From: Roseibacillus sp.
Lineage (GTDB): Bacteria > Verrucomicrobiota > Verrucomicrobiia > Verrucomicrobiales > Akkermansiaceae
NCBI GenBank assembly: GCA_965242925.1
Contig: CBDEUM010000034.1
Coordinates: 128,001-192,000 of the forward strand
Length of the DNA stretch: 64,000 nt
Reading direction: 5' to 3'
The stretch's first letter is position 1; every line of letters begins with the position of its first letter. The position numbers and the translations under genes were made by a program. A model generated the notes under the pieces. That model saw nothing but the letters and a program-made list of their open reading frames with translations, had not been told where the DNA came from and did not search any database. This document shows positions 10,481-20,462 of the stretch, in pieces.

Positions 10481-11728
10481 TCAGCGCTTCCGGTCAAGGC
10501 CGGCCCAGATGGCCTTGATCGTTTCCTCCTGTCGCATCCCCCTGGGAGAGGTCATGCTGGCGGTATAGTGCTTGAAGCGGCGCAGGGGCAACTGGAAGAA
10601 ACCATTTGGATCGGTCTCGCGCACCCACTGATAGGCATAACGGAGCCATTCATTCCGATAGTCCTCGGGCTGTTTAATGAACCAGTTGATTTCATCCCAC
10701 CCCCAGACGTGAATTTTGTCACCGGCGCGGTATTCGCCGGGATGATCAGAAGGCCCGAAATTGTCGATCTCCACGATGTAGGGCAATGACTCACAGCGCC
10801 AACCGCTGGGGGACAACCCACCCTTGCTCCGGCCGTAGATGGCATCGCTGAACCCCTTCTCCAAAATGGCCTTGTGGGGTTGTCCCTGCAGGGACTTGGG
10901 ACGGGAAGGGAAGGAGTGCAGATCAAACATGAGTTTCCCGGCGTGCACGATTCCTCCGCTGGGCACATGGGCATCAATGAGAACGAGGTGACGACGGGCG
11001 TGCTTTTTCGCGTAGGAACGGATCCGGGACATGAGATCCTGCCAGTGTCGATGATCCCGGTCCCAGTCGTCCATGATTTCAACCTGTCCCAGGTGAATGG
11101 CCTCGAGCCCCATGTCGATCCACCGCTTGGCCACATAGAAGAACCACATCCTGGTCTCGAGGCGACTCATGTCGGGCACGGAGGCATTCTCATACCAGTG
11201 ATTATGGCGATGTCGGAAGCCATAGAGCATGGCCTTGTAATTGAAATTGCGTGGCTCCCGGGAGAGCCCGAACTCCTCAAGCACCGAGGCCGGGATGCAA
11301 ATCTTGCTCACGTCGGTGGTGACCACTTCGAAAATGGCTCCCTGCAGGATCAGGTCGGGATCCATCTCATGGAGGCGTTTGACAAAAGGGGCGCCTTTCG
11401 CAACCAACTCGTCGATACGGGACTCATTGCCCCACATCCAGATCACGCGACCGGCAAACTTAACCCCCGTATTCTGCATCATGCGGAGGTCATCATCGGA
11501 GGCCAGGTGCAGGAGGGAGGCCACGGTGGCGCTCCGGGCGAGGTAGTTCTCCAGCACGGGACGGGAGATTTTCCCGTCGAAGTGGTAATCGACTTTTCCT
11601 ATGATCTTCTCCCCGGCCTGAAGAGGAGCAAGGGTGGAGACAAGAAGGAGAATCGCGGGCAGGCAGAAGATCTGCCAGGGACGAAAGACTCCGGGCACGG
11701 AGCAGGGGACAGGTTCAAACCCAGACAT
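10481..11728 (-). CDS. Hypothetical secreted protein, possibly carbohydrate-active
   Basis: 415 aa, signal-like N-terminus, aromatic-rich globular sequence; start uncertain. Confidence 0.65.
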   Translation of the reverse strand: MSGFEPVPCSVPGVFRPWQIFCLPAILLLVSTLAPLQAGEKIIGKVDYHFDGKISRPVLENYLARSATVASLLHLASDDDLRMMQNTGVKFAGRVIWMWGNESRIDELVAKGAPFVKRLHEMDPDLILQGAIFEVVTTDVSKICIPASVLEEFGLSREPRNFNYKAMLYGFRHRHNHWYENASVPDMSRLETRMWFFYVAKRWIDMGLEAIHLGQVEIMDDWDRDHRHWQDLMSRIRSYAKKHARRHLVLIDAHVPSGGIVHAGKLMFDLHSFPSRPKSLQGQPHKAILEKGFSDAIYGRSKGGLSPSGWRCESLPYIVEIDNFGPSDHPGEYRAGDKIHVWGWDEINWFIKQPEDYRNEWLRYAYQWVRETDPNGFFQLPLRRFKHYTASMTSPRGMRQEETIKAIWAGLDRKR

Positions 11729-12279
11729 GTACTTGGGGGCCTTTTAGATGCTCCCCGTGCAGGGCGGCAAGTTCAACCTGTACAAGAAAAGAGGCAGCTT
11801 CCTCAAGGGAGTGAGATCGCTAAAGTCTTTAGTCTAGTATTTGTATTTTTTGCAGAACCTTGGATCTCACTCCCTCGATTGACTGCCTGTTGTTGATACA
11901 ACCGCACCATCGGCCGGCGATTTTCAAATTTCTTCAATTAATCCCGAATGAGGCTCCAAAGTGAGCATTGCACTTGAAGCGAATTGGCCAGTCCGCTTGT
12001 CAATAGCCGTCTGGGGGCCCGTGAAAGTTCGCGGCGGTTCGTAATCGGTCAGGCACTTCGGCAAGGCCTGCTGGAGCACGTGTAAGCCCCCTCGGCGAGC
12101 TTGTTGAATTGACTGGGAGCGGTTGACCGAATTTCCCCTGATCCATTCTATGCGTAGAATACATTCCGCGAATCATAGTAGTGATGACATGTTGACGATT
12201 CAGCACCCCGCATCTACATGTCATAATGAGAGGCAGTTCGGCCCGTGTTGGAATAGCAGAAAACTCCCGAAACCGCCGC

Positions 12280-15150
12280 ATGTTGCCATTCCAGGTCCTG
12301 CTATGGGCTGCGATTCTAGGACCTGCTAGCACATCCCTGGGAAATAACGCTCCTGAAGCGACGGCAACCACCACTTCCGCTACTGCCACCTCCACTCCGA
12401 ATGGCCCCGGGGAGGAGCTTTCCTTCAACCTGAGATGGGAGCAAACGGGGACGGCGGAGGGCATCATCACCGGCAGAATCACCTTCCCGGCAGACACGGT
12501 GGGCAACCCGCCCCTCTTGACAGATCCCTCCACCGCAGTGGCCGGGAGCACTCTGGTTCTCAGACGCGAGGGACAGACCTTCATCTACCAGGATGCCGGG
12601 GTTGTTTTCAGTGCTGTCCAACAACTTGATTTCTCTCACGAGATCGTTACCCAGTCCGGCTTCTCTGACTTCAACATCTTCACCGGGGACGGTGAGTTCA
12701 CGGGACTCAACCCGGGGGTTCTGGGCAGCTCAGATCGTATTTATCACCTGGTCAGCATGGCCCCGGGGATCTCAGGGCAACTGGTGGCAACCGATCCCGA
12801 CCCCGATTCCTCCCTGGTCTACAGTCTGGACGAACCGATTGCCGGGTTGGCCATCAACCCGGACGGCAGTTACACCTTCGACCCCTCGGGCCCCGTCCAC
12901 GTGTCTCTGGGGGAGGGGGAAGTCCTGGCGGTGATTGCCGACTGGACAGTCACGGACAACGAGGGAGCGTCGGCCTCGAGCACCCTCACTATCACCGTGA
13001 ACGGGGCCAACGATGAACCGGTGGCCAATGCTGCCACCGCCACTGATCCTGTCAGCGGGCAGTTGGCAGCCAGCGACGTGGATGACAATGCGATGCTCAC
13101 CTTTGCCCTGGATGCCCCGGTGCCGGGCTTGGTCGTCAACGAAGACGGCAGTTACACCTTTGACTCCTCGGATCCCGCCTATGCTGAACTGGTAACGGGT
13201 GAATCGATTGAGGTGATCGCCAACTGGATCGTCACCGATAACGAGGGGGCAACCGCCCCCAGCACCCTCACCATCACGGTGAATGGGTTCAATGATACTC
13301 CTGAAGCGACGGCAACCACCACTTCCGCTACTGCCACCTCCACTCCGAATGGCCCCGGGGAGGAGCTTTCCTTCAACCTGAGATGGGAGCAAACGGGGAC
13401 GGCGGAGGGCATCATCACCGGCAGAATCACCTTCCCGGCAGACACGGTGGGCAACCCGCCCCTCTTGACAGATCCCTCCACCGCAGTGGCCGGGAGCACT
13501 CTGGTTCTCAGACGCGAGGGACAGACCTTCATCTACCAGGATGCCGGGGTTGTTTTCAGTGCTGTCCAACAACTTGATTTCTCTCACGAGATCGTTACCC
13601 AGTCCGGCTTCTCTGACTTCAACATCTTCACCGGGGACGGTGAGTTCACGGGACTCAACCCGGGGGTTCTGGGCAGCTCAGATCGTATTTATCACCTGGT
13701 CAGCATGGCCCCGGGGATCTCAGGGCAACTGGTGGCAACCGATCCCGACCCCGATTCCTCCCTGGTCTACAGTCTGGACGAACCGATTGCCGGGTTGGCC
13801 ATCAACCCGGACGGCAGTTACACCTTCGACCCCTCGGGCCCCGTCCACGTGTCTCTGGGGGAGGGGGAAGTCCTGGCGGTGATTGCCGACTGGACAGTCA
13901 CGGACAACGAGGGAGCGTCGGCCTCGAGCACCCTCACTATCACCGTGAACGGGGCCAACGATGAACCGGTGGCCAATGCTGCCACCGCCACTGATCCTGT
14001 CAGCGGGCAGTTGGCAGCCAGCGACGTGGATGACAATGCGATGCTCACCTTTGCCCTGGATGCCCCGGTGCCGGGCTTGGTCGTCAACGAAGACGGCAGT
14101 TACACCTTTGACTCCTCGGATCCCGCCTATGCTGAACTGGTAACGGGTGAATCGATTGAGGTGATCGCCAACTGGATCGTCACCGATAACGAGGGGGCAA
14201 CCGCCCCCAGCACCCTCACCATCACGGTGAATGGGTTCAATGATACTCCTGAAGCGACGGCAACCACCACTTCCGCTACTGCCACCTCCACTCCGAATGG
14301 CCCCGGGGAGGAGCTTTCCTTCAACCTGAGATGGGAGCAAACGGGGACGGCGGAGGGCATCATCACCGGCAGAATCACCTTCCCGGCAGACACGGTGGGC
14401 AACCCGCCCCTCTTGACAGATCCCTCCACCGCAGTGGCCGGGAGCACTCTGGTTCTCAGACGCGAGGGACAGACCTTCATCTACCAGGATGCCGGGGTTG
14501 TTTTCAGTGCTGTCCAACAACTTGATTTCTCTCACGAGATCGTTACCCAGTCCGGCTTCTCTGACTTCAACATCTTCACCGGGGACGGTGAGTTCACGGG
14601 ACTCAACCCGGGGGTTCTGGGCAGCTCAGATCGTATTTATCACCTGGTCAGCATGGCCCCGGGGATCTCAGGGCAACTGGTGGCAACCGATCCCGACCCC
14701 GATTCCTCCCTGGTCTACAGTCTGGACGAACCGATTGCCGGGTTGGCCATCAACCCGGACGGCAGTTACACCTTCGACCCCTCGGGCCCCGTCCACGTGT
14801 CTCTGGGGGAGGGGGAAGTCCTGGCGGTGATTGCCGACTGGACAGTCACGGACAACGAGGGAGCGTCGGCCTCGAGCACCCTCACTATCACGGTGACAGG
14901 CAGCGCTCCGCCTCCTCTTGAGATCATCAATCTTACGGACAACATCACTTCGGAAGGATTCAACTCCTTGACGATTACCTTCTCGTCTCTCCTCGGAAGA
15001 GCATATGCTGCGGAGCGCTCGAGGGATCTCATTCACTGGAACCACCTGCGTGATATTATCGGTGAGGAGAGCACCACTGACTTCACCGACGATGATCCTA
15101 TCCATGATGGCCAGCCCGTATTCTACCGGGTGAAGGAGGTCAGCCCCTAG
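12280..15150 (+). CDS. Secreted VCBS/cadherin-like repeat surface protein
   Basis: Signal peptide MLPFQVLLWAAILG, five GL.IN.DGSYTFD...LTITVNG-type domains, C-terminal FTDD....PVFYRV domain. Confidence 0.85.
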   Translation: MLPFQVLLWAAILGPASTSLGNNAPEATATTTSATATSTPNGPGEELSFNLRWEQTGTAEGIITGRITFPADTVGNPPLLTDPSTAVAGSTLVLRREGQTFIYQDAGVVFSAVQQLDFSHEIVTQSGFSDFNIFTGDGEFTGLNPGVLGSSDRIYHLVSMAPGISGQLVATDPDPDSSLVYSLDEPIAGLAINPDGSYTFDPSGPVHVSLGEGEVLAVIADWTVTDNEGASASSTLTITVNGANDEPVANAATATDPVSGQLAASDVDDNAMLTFALDAPVPGLVVNEDGSYTFDSSDPAYAELVTGESIEVIANWIVTDNEGATAPSTLTITVNGFNDTPEATATTTSATATSTPNGPGEELSFNLRWEQTGTAEGIITGRITFPADTVGNPPLLTDPSTAVAGSTLVLRREGQTFIYQDAGVVFSAVQQLDFSHEIVTQSGFSDFNIFTGDGEFTGLNPGVLGSSDRIYHLVSMAPGISGQLVATDPDPDSSLVYSLDEPIAGLAINPDGSYTFDPSGPVHVSLGEGEVLAVIADWTVTDNEGASASSTLTITVNGANDEPVANAATATDPVSGQLAASDVDDNAMLTFALDAPVPGLVVNEDGSYTFDSSDPAYAELVTGESIEVIANWIVTDNEGATAPSTLTITVNGFNDTPEATATTTSATATSTPNGPGEELSFNLRWEQTGTAEGIITGRITFPADTVGNPPLLTDPSTAVAGSTLVLRREGQTFIYQDAGVVFSAVQQLDFSHEIVTQSGFSDFNIFTGDGEFTGLNPGVLGSSDRIYHLVSMAPGISGQLVATDPDPDSSLVYSLDEPIAGLAINPDGSYTFDPSGPVHVSLGEGEVLAVIADWTVTDNEGASASSTLTITVTGSAPPPLEIINLTDNITSEGFNSLTITFSSLLGRAYAAERSRDLIHWNHLRDIIGEESTTDFTDDDPIHDGQPVFYRVKEVSP
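12350..14891 (+). repeat. Intragenic tandem repeat, 948-bp unit, about 2.7 copies
   Basis: TCCTGAAGCGACGGCAACC recurs at 12351, 13299 and 14247. Shadow ORFs in other frames are identical between copies. Confidence 0.97.
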
Positions 15151-15159
15151 CTCGCAGAT

Positions 15160-17100
15160 TCAGGAGACCGCGGTGCGGTAGTCACCGTTACGGCGGGTTT
15201 TTCCCTCGGCATCCATGCGTTCGAGAAGAGGCATGATGACCCGTCGACTGGTAGCAAGATGCTGACGCAGGTCACTGGCGGTGGCCTGACCCTGCGACTG
15301 GAGGAAGTCGAGAATTTGTTCACACGCCTGATCATAGCTCTGGGTCAGGATGATGACCTTGTCGGTCAACTCAGTGACAATTCCACCTCGAATAAGGAAG
15401 GAGAGGGCGCGTTGCGAGGATGTCCCGGTGGCCAGTTCAGCCCGACCCGGAGGGCTCAGCGGTTCCCGTCGCAAAGTTTGCTGGATCTTCTCGGCGGCGG
15501 CCCGGATGTCATCGGCAAGTGCTGGAGAAAAGGCCTCTTCCGCCAGAATCGTTCCCTGCTGAATAATGCCCCGCTCCCCAAGGTGTTCCACCATAAGATC
15601 AAAGAGGCCAGGATCGGGCAATCCATCCTGAACGCTTTGCCGGAGATCCTCCAGGTGGAGTCCAGGCAGATCGGCATTCTTCCTGTGGTAATCCGCCACC
15701 AAGCCCGCAGCCCGGGTGAGCAACCCCTCCCACCATGTCGCCGCGGCCAGATGACTGCCAAGTTCACAGGCGACCCCTTCGGCGAGAAGTTTCTCTACGA
15801 CCTCATCGATTTCCCCGTCAGAAAACCTCAGGCGCAGTTTCAGTCCGGCAAGTTCAACCAGGGAATCACGCTCCAGGGCAGAAGTCAGGAGAACCGACAA
15901 ATCGTCTGGAGCCTCCGCCCGCTGCCGCAGGAATCGCACTTGTTCCTCGTTGCGCAATCGCCGCCGACTGGCATCGGCGTCGAGGACCAGCGCTCCCCCC
16001 ACGGTGGCCTCTCCCGACCAGTCGCGAAGGACGACATGATCTCCCACCATCATGAAGCGCGGTTCATCGAGTCGCAGTTGTGCCAGCATGGTCTGGCCGG
16101 CGGAGATGCTCCTGCCCTCGATAAAATAGATGCGCGCCCCGGTGGATCCTGATCCGTGGTGTACCCGTACGCGGCGTCCCGACGGAAGGTCACGCCTGGT
16201 GGCCAATTGACCCGGTATTTCCCGGCTCAGTCGCCGCATGCTGATGTTGACTGTATCCGCCGGCGTCCCCGCCTGTGATCCAGTGAGGAGGCCGCCCCGA
16301 CCCACGCCGGAGCGATCCCTGGCGGAGACCTGTAACTCAGGGAGATTCAGCGCGGTACGCATGCCCGGATGAGCGACCTCCACCGATTGACTGTCATTCT
16401 GGATCGTGCGGACGTGCGCCGCCAGTCCATCCGGTTGCAGCGATACGTCGTCGCCCACGACAAGAGTACCCCCGGAAAGAGTTCCCGTGACCACGGTGCC
16501 GATCCCTTTCACAGAAAACGCCCGGTCCACCGGTAGGAGGGGCTTGCCAAAATCGGCCACCGGGGGAGCCGAAACCAGCTGGGAACACAGCGCCGTCCGC
16601 AACTGTTCGATGCCCTCGCCCGTAAGAGAGGAAACCGGAACGATGGGAGCGTTCTCGAGTATGGTGTCCCGGAGGCTGTCCCTCACAAATTCAATGGAGA
16701 AGTCAAGATCCTCAGCGAGATCCGACTTCGTGAGGGCCACTACGCAACGCTCGACCCCGAGGAATGTCAGGATGTGCAGGTGTTCCTCCGACTGAGGCAT
16801 CCAACCGTCATCCGCTGCAACCACAAAGAGGGCTATATCCATTCCTCCCACACCCGCCACCATGTTATTAACGAAGTCGGCGTGACCAGGAACATCCACG
16901 ATTCCCAGTTCGAACACCGTTTCTGCCTCGGAATCGTCCCGCAGGGAAAGGTGAGCAAAGCCCAGTTCAATGGTCACTCCACGCCTCTGCTCCTCGGGGA
17001 GCCGGTCAGGGTCAGTCCCGGTCAAGGCTTTCACGAGAGACGACTTCCCATGATCGATATGACCAGCCGTCCCGAGAATATAGCGCCGCTCGTTACTCAT
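15160..17100 (-). CDS. selB: Selenocysteine-specific translation elongation factor
   Basis: GTAGHIDHGKSSL, DRLPEEQRRGVTIELGF, DVPGH, TKSD, PVDRAF, and a C-terminal winged helix SRR..MPLLERMD..G.TRR.GDYR. Confidence 0.93.
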   Translation of the reverse strand: MSNERRYILGTAGHIDHGKSSLVKALTGTDPDRLPEEQRRGVTIELGFAHLSLRDDSEAETVFELGIVDVPGHADFVNNMVAGVGGMDIALFVVAADDGWMPQSEEHLHILTFLGVERCVVALTKSDLAEDLDFSIEFVRDSLRDTILENAPIVPVSSLTGEGIEQLRTALCSQLVSAPPVADFGKPLLPVDRAFSVKGIGTVVTGTLSGGTLVVGDDVSLQPDGLAAHVRTIQNDSQSVEVAHPGMRTALNLPELQVSARDRSGVGRGGLLTGSQAGTPADTVNISMRRLSREIPGQLATRRDLPSGRRVRVHHGSGSTGARIYFIEGRSISAGQTMLAQLRLDEPRFMMVGDHVVLRDWSGEATVGGALVLDADASRRRLRNEEQVRFLRQRAEAPDDLSVLLTSALERDSLVELAGLKLRLRFSDGEIDEVVEKLLAEGVACELGSHLAAATWWEGLLTRAAGLVADYHRKNADLPGLHLEDLRQSVQDGLPDPGLFDLMVEHLGERGIIQQGTILAEEAFSPALADDIRAAAEKIQQTLRREPLSPPGRAELATGTSSQRALSFLIRGGIVTELTDKVIILTQSYDQACEQILDFLQSQGQATASDLRQHLATSRRVIMPLLERMDAEGKTRRNGDYRTAVS

Positions 17101-17320
17101 CGGAATGGTTAACTGGTCCAACGATCCGGGCTTTCTCGAAATCGTAGGGAGTCAATTCGAGATGGACACGACTTCTCATGGCGAGTTCCTCCGCCAGTCC
17201 TGCAAGGCGACCGGGCAGGTGTCCGATCACCAGTTTCCCGTTTGGCAGTTCCACACGAAAGACGCGACCCGGCAGGACTTCGCAGATCTCACCGGTGGTC
17301 ACGATAGGAGGTTCGGACAT
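17093..17320 (-). CDS. Divergent translation initiation factor IF-1-like protein
   Basis: 75 aa OB-fold pattern G.I.EVLP..FRVEL.NG..V.GH..G and V.LEL.PYD..KARI; the central basic segment is divergent. Confidence 0.8.
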   Translation of the reverse strand: MSEPPIVTTGEICEVLPGRVFRVELPNGKLVIGHLPGRLAGLAEELAMRSRVHLELTPYDFEKARIVGPVNHSDE

Positions 17321-17791
17321 AGGGAACGCGGAGGGCTCAGCATGAGACGCGGATGAGTGGACTGCAACCGCTTTAGGTTGCCCCTGCCAACAGGGACAGC
17401 TCGCAAGGAATGTCCACAGGTGCTGATCGGAAAAGGATTCCAGAGCTCGAGTGATCGTAGCTGACAGGGGCCCATATCTCTGGATTTCGAGTCACGGAAT
17501 GGGGCATATGGCGACTGAGAGAGACCGCAAGCGTGGCGCATTTGGCAAAAAAATCCGAGGGATGAGGAATCGTAGAGACATCATGACATGAATCGGGATC
17601 TGATCGTTCCGGGTCTTCAACATCGATTTCCGGCAATTCAGGTCCGGAAATTCAATGATGGCAGCTCTCCCCGGCCCATTTTGCCCTGTTAGATAGTCCC
17701 GCCCTCCGACTTGACTCCGGGAAAAGCTGAAGCATGATGAGGGCACCACGAAATGCGGTTTTTCCCGCCGTTCCGTCCATCTCCGTTTAGC

Positions 17792-18193
17792 ATGAAAACC
17801 AAGCATATTTCCCTCTCCCTGGCTCTTATCGCCACTCTTTTGAGTTCCTGTTACTATCCCTATCCGCCAAATCCAAACGGTCCGCGGGGTGGATATCCGG
17901 ATCCGGCCGCCAACAGCGACCTCACTTCAGAGGAGCAGGAGGGCATCCGGGAGGCACGCGACAAGGTCCGGGAAGGCGAGACCGGTGATGATCCTTCACC
18001 AGATCCCCAGGATCCCGCCTCCAACCCTCCGGCGCGAAAAGATTATCGGGTGGCTGTCCCTATCCCGGGCAAGGAGGGGTTCGTCTTTAATCCCTTTACG
18101 AATGATCCGGTCGATGTCCGGGCCATTCCTCCGGGAACTTTGGTGCGCGATCCGAACGATCCGGACCCGGATCACAAGTTCCGGGTTCCCTGA
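17792..18193 (+). CDS. Proline-rich lipoprotein
   Basis: Lipobox LSSC; C-terminal PIPGKEGFVFNPF...VDVR..PPGT.V.DP...KFRVP domain. Confidence 0.75.
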   Translation: MKTKHISLSLALIATLLSSCYYPYPPNPNGPRGGYPDPAANSDLTSEEQEGIREARDKVREGETGDDPSPDPQDPASNPPARKDYRVAVPIPGKEGFVFNPFTNDPVDVRAIPPGTLVRDPNDPDPDHKFRVP

Positions 18194-18271
18194 GGTAGAA
18201 ACCCTCCCTGAGACGCCTCTATTCACTGGGCCTTGTCAGAAGGGCCTGGCCTTGGTTTGCTCACCGCTCGT

Positions 18272-19132
18272 GTGACTGATTTTCGCCGCATTGCTGTTCT
18301 GGGACCCGGTGTATTGGGTGGCTCGGTGGCATTGGCTGTCGGGAAGCACCACCCCGGCAGTTCGGTCGTTCTCTGGGGCCGCAATCCGGAGCGAGTGACA
18401 GAAATCCGTGCCACTGGTTTCAAAGATGCTACCGATGATCTCTCCCTTGCTGTCCGCGATGCTGAGCTGGTCATCCTCGCCGTTCCGGTTGGTGCGCTGA
18501 AAGCGCTCGGCAGACAAGTGGTTGAGGCCGGTCTGGCCGAGGGCGCCTGCCTGACCGATGTCGGCAGCATCAAGATCCACCCCCATGAATCACTCGGCAA
18601 GGACATGAAGGAGCGAGGCGTCTCCTTTATCGGAAGTCATCCGATGGCCGGGTCCGAGCGCACGGGATTCGGAGCTGCTGATGCGGATCTTTTTGTCGGA
18701 GCTCCGTGCATTCTTACCAACGAAAACGAACAACCGGAAGACGAAGTACAACGACTAATGGGGTTCTGGACCGGCCTTGGAGCCAGATCGGTCGTGATGA
18801 GCGCCAGTGAGCATGACCGTCTGGCAGGCCGCATCAGTCATCTGCCCCACATTCTCTCTTCCATTTGTGCCCTGGTTGCTCTTGAGAATGCGAAAGACGG
18901 TAGATTTGCGGGGCAGGGATTGCGTGACACCAGCAGGGTTGCGGCAGGCGACCCCGCAATGTGGGTCGAGATTCTCGTGAAGAACCGGCACCGGATAACG
19001 GAGCCTCTGCGGGAGAGTGCGTCCATCCTCAACCGTTTCGCCGATTGTCTGGCGACTGGGGACGAAGAGGCCGTCTTGAAGCTTCTGGAAGAAGGGCAGA
19101 TGCGGCGTCAAACCCTTGACCGGATAGAGTGA
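18272..19132 (+). CDS. tyrA: Prephenate/arogenate dehydrogenase
   Basis: G.GVLGGS Rossmann motif, TDVGS.K, HPMAGSE, HD....ISHLPH, DTSRVA. Confidence 0.92.
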   Translation: MTDFRRIAVLGPGVLGGSVALAVGKHHPGSSVVLWGRNPERVTEIRATGFKDATDDLSLAVRDAELVILAVPVGALKALGRQVVEAGLAEGACLTDVGSIKIHPHESLGKDMKERGVSFIGSHPMAGSERTGFGAADADLFVGAPCILTNENEQPEDEVQRLMGFWTGLGARSVVMSASEHDRLAGRISHLPHILSSICALVALENAKDGRFAGQGLRDTSRVAAGDPAMWVEILVKNRHRITEPLRESASILNRFADCLATGDEEAVLKLLEEGQMRRQTLDRIE

Positions 19133-20454
19133 TGAGAGATGCCAACTCATTGCAGGTAAGCTCTATAGGAGGTTTGTCGGCCGAGCTCACAGTGCCTGGT
19201 GACAAGAGCATTTCGCACCGGTCCGCCATTATCGCGGGTCTCTCCAACGGCCCTTGCTGCCTTCGTAATTACCTCCCCAGCGAGGATTGTCTTAATACCC
19301 TTCGGGCGATGGAGAGTCTCGGTGTCAATTGCGACTATCTTGAGACCAACGAACATGGCCCAATCGAAGTGATTGTCCACGGCAGGAGGATGCAACTCGT
19401 CCCTCCAAGCGGGCCCATCGACTGCGGAAACTCAGGCACGGGAATGCGCCTTCTCGCGGGGGTGCTGGCTGGTCAGGAGTTCGGGTGCACCCTTACTGGG
19501 GATGAATCGCTCTCTTCCCGTCCCATGGGACGAATCATGCGCCCCTTGGAGCGCATGGGGGCACGCATCGACGGGATGGGAATGAACGAGGGGTGTGCAC
19601 CCCTCGTCTTTCATGGGGGACAGCTTGAACCCATTCATTACGTCATGCCGATGGCAAGCGCGCAGGTGAAGAGCGCGATCCTCCTGGCCGGACTGTTCGC
19701 CAAGGGTAAAACCACAGTGGAGCAACCGGCCGAGACCAGGGATCACACCGAGCGCATGCTCGCCATGTTCCGGGTCCGCACGGTGCGGAAGGGGAACGAA
19801 ATCACGATCTACGGAGGACAGGTTCCGGAGGCTGTCGATGTTGACATCCCCGGGGACATCTCCAGTGCCGCTTTCTGGATCGTTGCCGCTGCCGCCAAAC
19901 GAAAATCAAGACTTCTCATCAGGAACGTAGGACTGAATCCCACCCGCACAGCTTTGCTCAATGTCCTGCTGCGCATGGGCGCCAGAATCAAGGACACGGT
20001 GCGCACTCCCGGTGATCAGGAGGAACCTGCCGGAAATCTGGAGGTTGGGGGCGGAACCCTCAGCGGCACGGAGATTCGGAAAGACGAGATACCCAATCTC
20101 ATCGATGAAATACCCGTTCTGGCGGTAGCGGGTGCTCTCGCCGGAGGGACCATGACGATTCGTAATGCGGCTGAATTGAGAGTTAAGGAAACCGATCGGA
20201 TCCGAGCAGTGGTGGACAACCTGCGGGCCATGGGCGCGGATGTGACCGAACATGATGACGGCATGAGCGTGATCGGCGGCAACAGGTTGCGTGGTGCAAC
20301 TCTGGACTGTTTCGGGGATCATCGAATCGCGATGGCTTTTACCATAGCAGGACTCTTCGCGGAGGGAGAGACCGTAATCCAGGACACGAAGTGCATCGCG
20401 ACATCCTATCCGGGTTTCGAAAGGGATCTGAAACAGATTTGCGACCAGAGTTAG
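19129..20454 (+). CDS. aroA: EPSP synthase
   Basis: PGDKSISHR, DCGNSGT.MR, SAQVKS, RDHTE, LRVKETDR, GDHRIAM. Confidence 0.97.
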   Translation: MMRDANSLQVSSIGGLSAELTVPGDKSISHRSAIIAGLSNGPCCLRNYLPSEDCLNTLRAMESLGVNCDYLETNEHGPIEVIVHGRRMQLVPPSGPIDCGNSGTGMRLLAGVLAGQEFGCTLTGDESLSSRPMGRIMRPLERMGARIDGMGMNEGCAPLVFHGGQLEPIHYVMPMASAQVKSAILLAGLFAKGKTTVEQPAETRDHTERMLAMFRVRTVRKGNEITIYGGQVPEAVDVDIPGDISSAAFWIVAAAAKRKSRLLIRNVGLNPTRTALLNVLLRMGARIKDTVRTPGDQEEPAGNLEVGGGTLSGTEIRKDEIPNLIDEIPVLAVAGALAGGTMTIRNAAELRVKETDRIRAVVDNLRAMGADVTEHDDGMSVIGGNRLRGATLDCFGDHRIAMAFTIAGLFAEGETVIQDTKCIATSYPGFERDLKQICDQS

Positions 20455-20462
20455 CGTTTGCC

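Noticed and set aside
12350..14891. CRISPR array or mobile element
   Set aside because: The repeats are 948 bp, in frame, without spacers, and no cas or transposase genes are present.
17321..17790. tRNA-Sec (selC) or a small gene upstream of the IF-1-like/selB pair
   Set aside because: I could not build a cloverleaf with a TCA anticodon on either strand, and the short ORFs here have no recognisable features.
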